Origin: Squalus acanthias
Lineage: Eukaryota
DNA: 64,000 nt
Assembly (NCBI GenBank): GCA_030390025.1
Contig: CM059432.1
Coordinates: forward strand, 150,848,001-150,912,000
Direction of reading: 5' to 3'
The notes beneath the pieces were generated by a model that was not told the origin of the DNA, ran no database searches, and worked only from the letters and a program-made list of their open reading frames with translations. Below are positions 60,951 through 64,000 of the stretch, one piece after another (position 1 is the first letter of the stretch; each line of letters starts with the position of its first letter). The translations under genes were made by a program, and so were the position numbers.

Positions 60951-62264
60951 CTTCTTCTTCTTCTTAGGCAGTCCCTCGGGGCCGAGGATGACTTGCTTCC
61001 ACACTAAAAATGAGTTCTCAGGTGACTGATGAGTCCAATGCGGGACCTACAGTCTCTGTCACAGGTGGGGCAGATGGTGGTTGAAGGGGTGGGTGAGTGG
61101 GTTTCTTGGGTTGACGTGCGCTCCTTGCGTTGTTTGCGCTTGGCTTCCGCTTGCTCCCGGTGAAGAGACTCGAGGTGTTCGGTGCCTTCGCGGATGCTTC
61201 TCCTCCACATTGTGCGGTGTTGGGCCAGGGATTCCCAGGGGTCGGTGGGGATGTTGCACTTTTTCAAGGCGGCTTTGAGGGTGTCCTTGAAGCGTTTCCT
61301 CTGCCCACCTGGGGCTCTCTTGCCGTGCCGGAGCTCTGAGTAGAGAGCTTGTTTTGGGAGTCTCGTATCGGGCATGCGGATGATGTGACCCGTCCATGGG
61401 AGCTGATCGAGCGTAGTCAAAGCTTCGATGCTGGGGATGTTGGCCTGAGCGAGAACACTGAAGTTGGTGCGCCTATCCTGCCAATGGATTTGCAGGATCT
61501 TGCGGAGGCAGCGTAGGTGGTACCTCTCCAGTGCTTTGAGGTGCCTGCTGTACATGGTCCATGTCTCTGAGGCATACAGCAGGGCGGGTATCACTGCTGC
61601 TCTGTAGACCATGAGCTTAGTGCCGAGTTTGAGGTCCTGGTCTTCAAACACTCTCTTCCTCAGGTGATCGAAGGCTGCACTGGCACACTGAAGGCAGAGT
61701 TGGACTTCGTCATCGACGTATGCCTTTGTTGACAGTAGGCTTCCGAGGTATGGAAAGTGGCCCACGTTGTCCAAGGCCTTGTCGTGGATTTTGATAATCG
61801 AGGGGCAGTACTGTGTGGCGGGGTCAGGTTGGTAGAGGACCTTTGTCTTACGGATGTTTAGTGTAAGGCCCATGCTCTCGTATGCTTCGGTAAAGGTATT
61901 GACAATGGTTTGGAGTTCGACCTCCGAGTGAGCGCAGACGCAAGCGTCGTCTGCATACAGTAATTCGACGACAGAGAATAGGACGACCTTGAATCTGGAC
62001 TGGAGGCGACGGAGGTTGAGCAGTTTCCCGTTTGTTCTGTAAATTAGCTCCACTCCAGCGGGGAGCTTACTGAGGGTGAGATGGAGCATTGCAGCAAGGA
62101 AGATCGAGAAGAGCGTTGGTGCGATGACACAGCCTTGCCTGACCCCGGTCCGTACGTGAATTGGGTCTGTGGTGGAACCGTTGGTCAGGATCATGGCTTG
62201 CATGTCGTCGTGAAGCAGGCGGAGGATGGTGACAAACTTTTGAGGGCAGCCGAATTTGAGGAGG
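60951..62264 (-). mobile_element. 5'-truncated RTE LINE with open 399-aa ORF (61004..62203)
   Basis: GVRQGC, LLYADD, FPYLGS, LYASETW, terminal C2H2 CPTCDRDCRSRIGLISH; (AAG)n tail. Confidence 0.95.
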
Positions 62265-62750
62265 ACAACAACAACAACAACAACTTGTATTTATATAGCG
62301 CCTTTAACGTAGTAAAACGTCCCAAGGCGCTGCACAGGAGTATTTTAAGACAATAAATTTGACACCGATCCACATAAGGATAAATTAGGGCAGGTGACCA
62401 AAAGCTTGGTGAAAGAGGTAGGTTTTAAGGAGCGTCTTAAAGGAGGAAAGAGAGGTAGCGAGGCGGAGAGGTTTAGGCAGGGAATTCCAGAGTTAGGGCC
62501 TAGGCAACAGAAGGCATGGCCACCAAAGGTTGAGCGATTCTAATCAGGGATCCTGGAGAGGGCAGAATTAGAGGAGCGCAGATATCTCGGGGCGTTGTGG
62601 GGCTGAAGGAGATTACAGAGATAGGGAGGGGCGAGGCCATGGAGGGATTTGAAAACAAGGATGAGAATTTTGAAATCGAGGCGCTGCTTAACCGGGAGCC
62701 AATGTAGGTCAGCGAGCACAGGGGTGATGGTTGATGGGCGAACGGGACTA
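62265..62750 (-). mobile_element. L2-like LINE 3' end
   Basis: (GTT)n tail with GGCGCTATATAAATACAAG; LWNSLP..FKTLLKTYLF on the minus strand. Confidence 0.8.
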
Positions 62751-63539
62751 TTTAAGGGAATACAAGCCTGGTTTATGCAATGATTGTTGATGACATTGGT
62801 GGTTGACCAACCAAGAACACATAACGAGGGCCCCCTACAGAGATACCCCTTTTTTCCTCTGCAGCCTTTGCTTGCCCTGCCTCAGTATCTCATCAAAGAA
62901 ATAAACCTGCTACTCTGTCTATTGATAGTCTGGATGTACTTAGTGCCTGGCCCCAGCAGCGATGAGATGCACACACTCTGCACAGAAAAATTGGAAGGTG
63001 AATGAACAAGCACATTATACGCCTAGTGAATCCATTCATGATTAACAGGAAAATAACTTGCAATGTAATTGCACACATACTAACAGACTTGAGGAGATAT
63101 TTTTATTCACCAACAAGTTGTGTTTGCTGATTGTATTCCAGGGTCTAGCACGGTGCTCTCTGTGTTATACGGCAATGGTTCAGGTATGTCAAACATTCTC
63201 AATTTCAAATTTATTTGGAACAAGCCAGAGGGAGGACTGATTAATTACCTCAGATGTTACCCCCTGGATAAAATCTGGATCTGTATAGATGCAAATGAAG
63301 GAATTACTTGTGTGAAAATGAAAGGTGTTTTAGAGATCATTTGTACCGCTTTCTAATAAGGGGTGTGTATCGCCATCAATTGGGAAAATATTCAGTAATT
63401 AAAGAGCAGTAAGTTTGACTTCCTTTTCATTCAATTTAATTTTTATATGTATTCTATAAATTTTCTTAGTTATAATGAACAATCCTTTTATTCATATTTG
63501 CAGTACAAGACTTTTCCAATCTTTACCCAGTGTCAATCT

Positions 63540-63895
63540 AGCTCAGTTTATCACACTCTTGCCGCTGAGACAGGAGGTTGTGGGTTCAAGCCCCACGACA
63601 GACTTGAGAAGATAATGTAGGCTGACACCTCATTGCAGTACTGAGAGAGTGCTGCACTGTCAGAATTGCTGTCTTTCAGATGAGATATTAGACTGAGGCA
63701 CTAACTGCCTGTTCAAGTAGATCTCAAAGATTGCACGGCATTAATCGAAGAGGAGCAGGGAGTTCTCCTGTTGTCAACTACCACCAAAAACCCCAGACTA
63801 TCCATCACCTCTGGTTCGTGGGACCTTGTTCTGAGCAAACAGCTGTCATGTTCTAAAGTACAACAGTGATAGCACTTCAAAAACGAATCCATTGA
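63540..63895 (+). mobile_element. Degenerate DeuSINE-like SINE
   Basis: B box GGTTCAAGCCC, body GCAGTACTGAGAGAGTGCTGCAC. Confidence 0.75.
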
Positions 63896-63898
63896 ATG

Positions 63899-64000
63899 TC
63901 TTCTTCTTAGAGAGTCCCTCGGAACTGAGGATGACTTGCTTCCACACTAAAAATGAGTTCGCAGGTGACTGATGAGTCCATTGTGGGACCTACAGTCTCT
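63899..64000 (-). mobile_element. RTE LINE 3' end (runs off the window)
   Basis: Matches 60951-61060. Confidence 0.85.

Overview
Eukaryotic (vertebrate) genomic DNA. The repeat content points to a cartilaginous fish: an HE1-like V-SINE, DeuSINE-type SINEs, and CR1/HER1-like, L2, RTE, Penelope-like and Harbinger elements. No host protein-coding gene can be recognised, so this is intergenic DNA or a large intron, made mostly of nested transposable elements. It contains the 3' end of a Gypsy LTR retrotransposon, a 5'-truncated Penelope-like element (13-bp TSD) holding a CR1 LINE that holds a V-SINE, several PIF/Harbinger elements (transposase plus a spliced Myb/SANT gene) and their MITEs, multiple LINE and SINE fragments, a 47-bp minisatellite and a probable LTR. 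The most striking signal is ten copies (some degenerate or truncated) of a 37-nt minimal hammerhead-ribozyme motif. It lies in the Penelope terminal repeat and has also spread as ~100-bp solo units and inverted dimers, most with 11-14-bp TSDs. Family names come from motif recognition, not database searches; boundaries without TSDs or TIRs are approximate.
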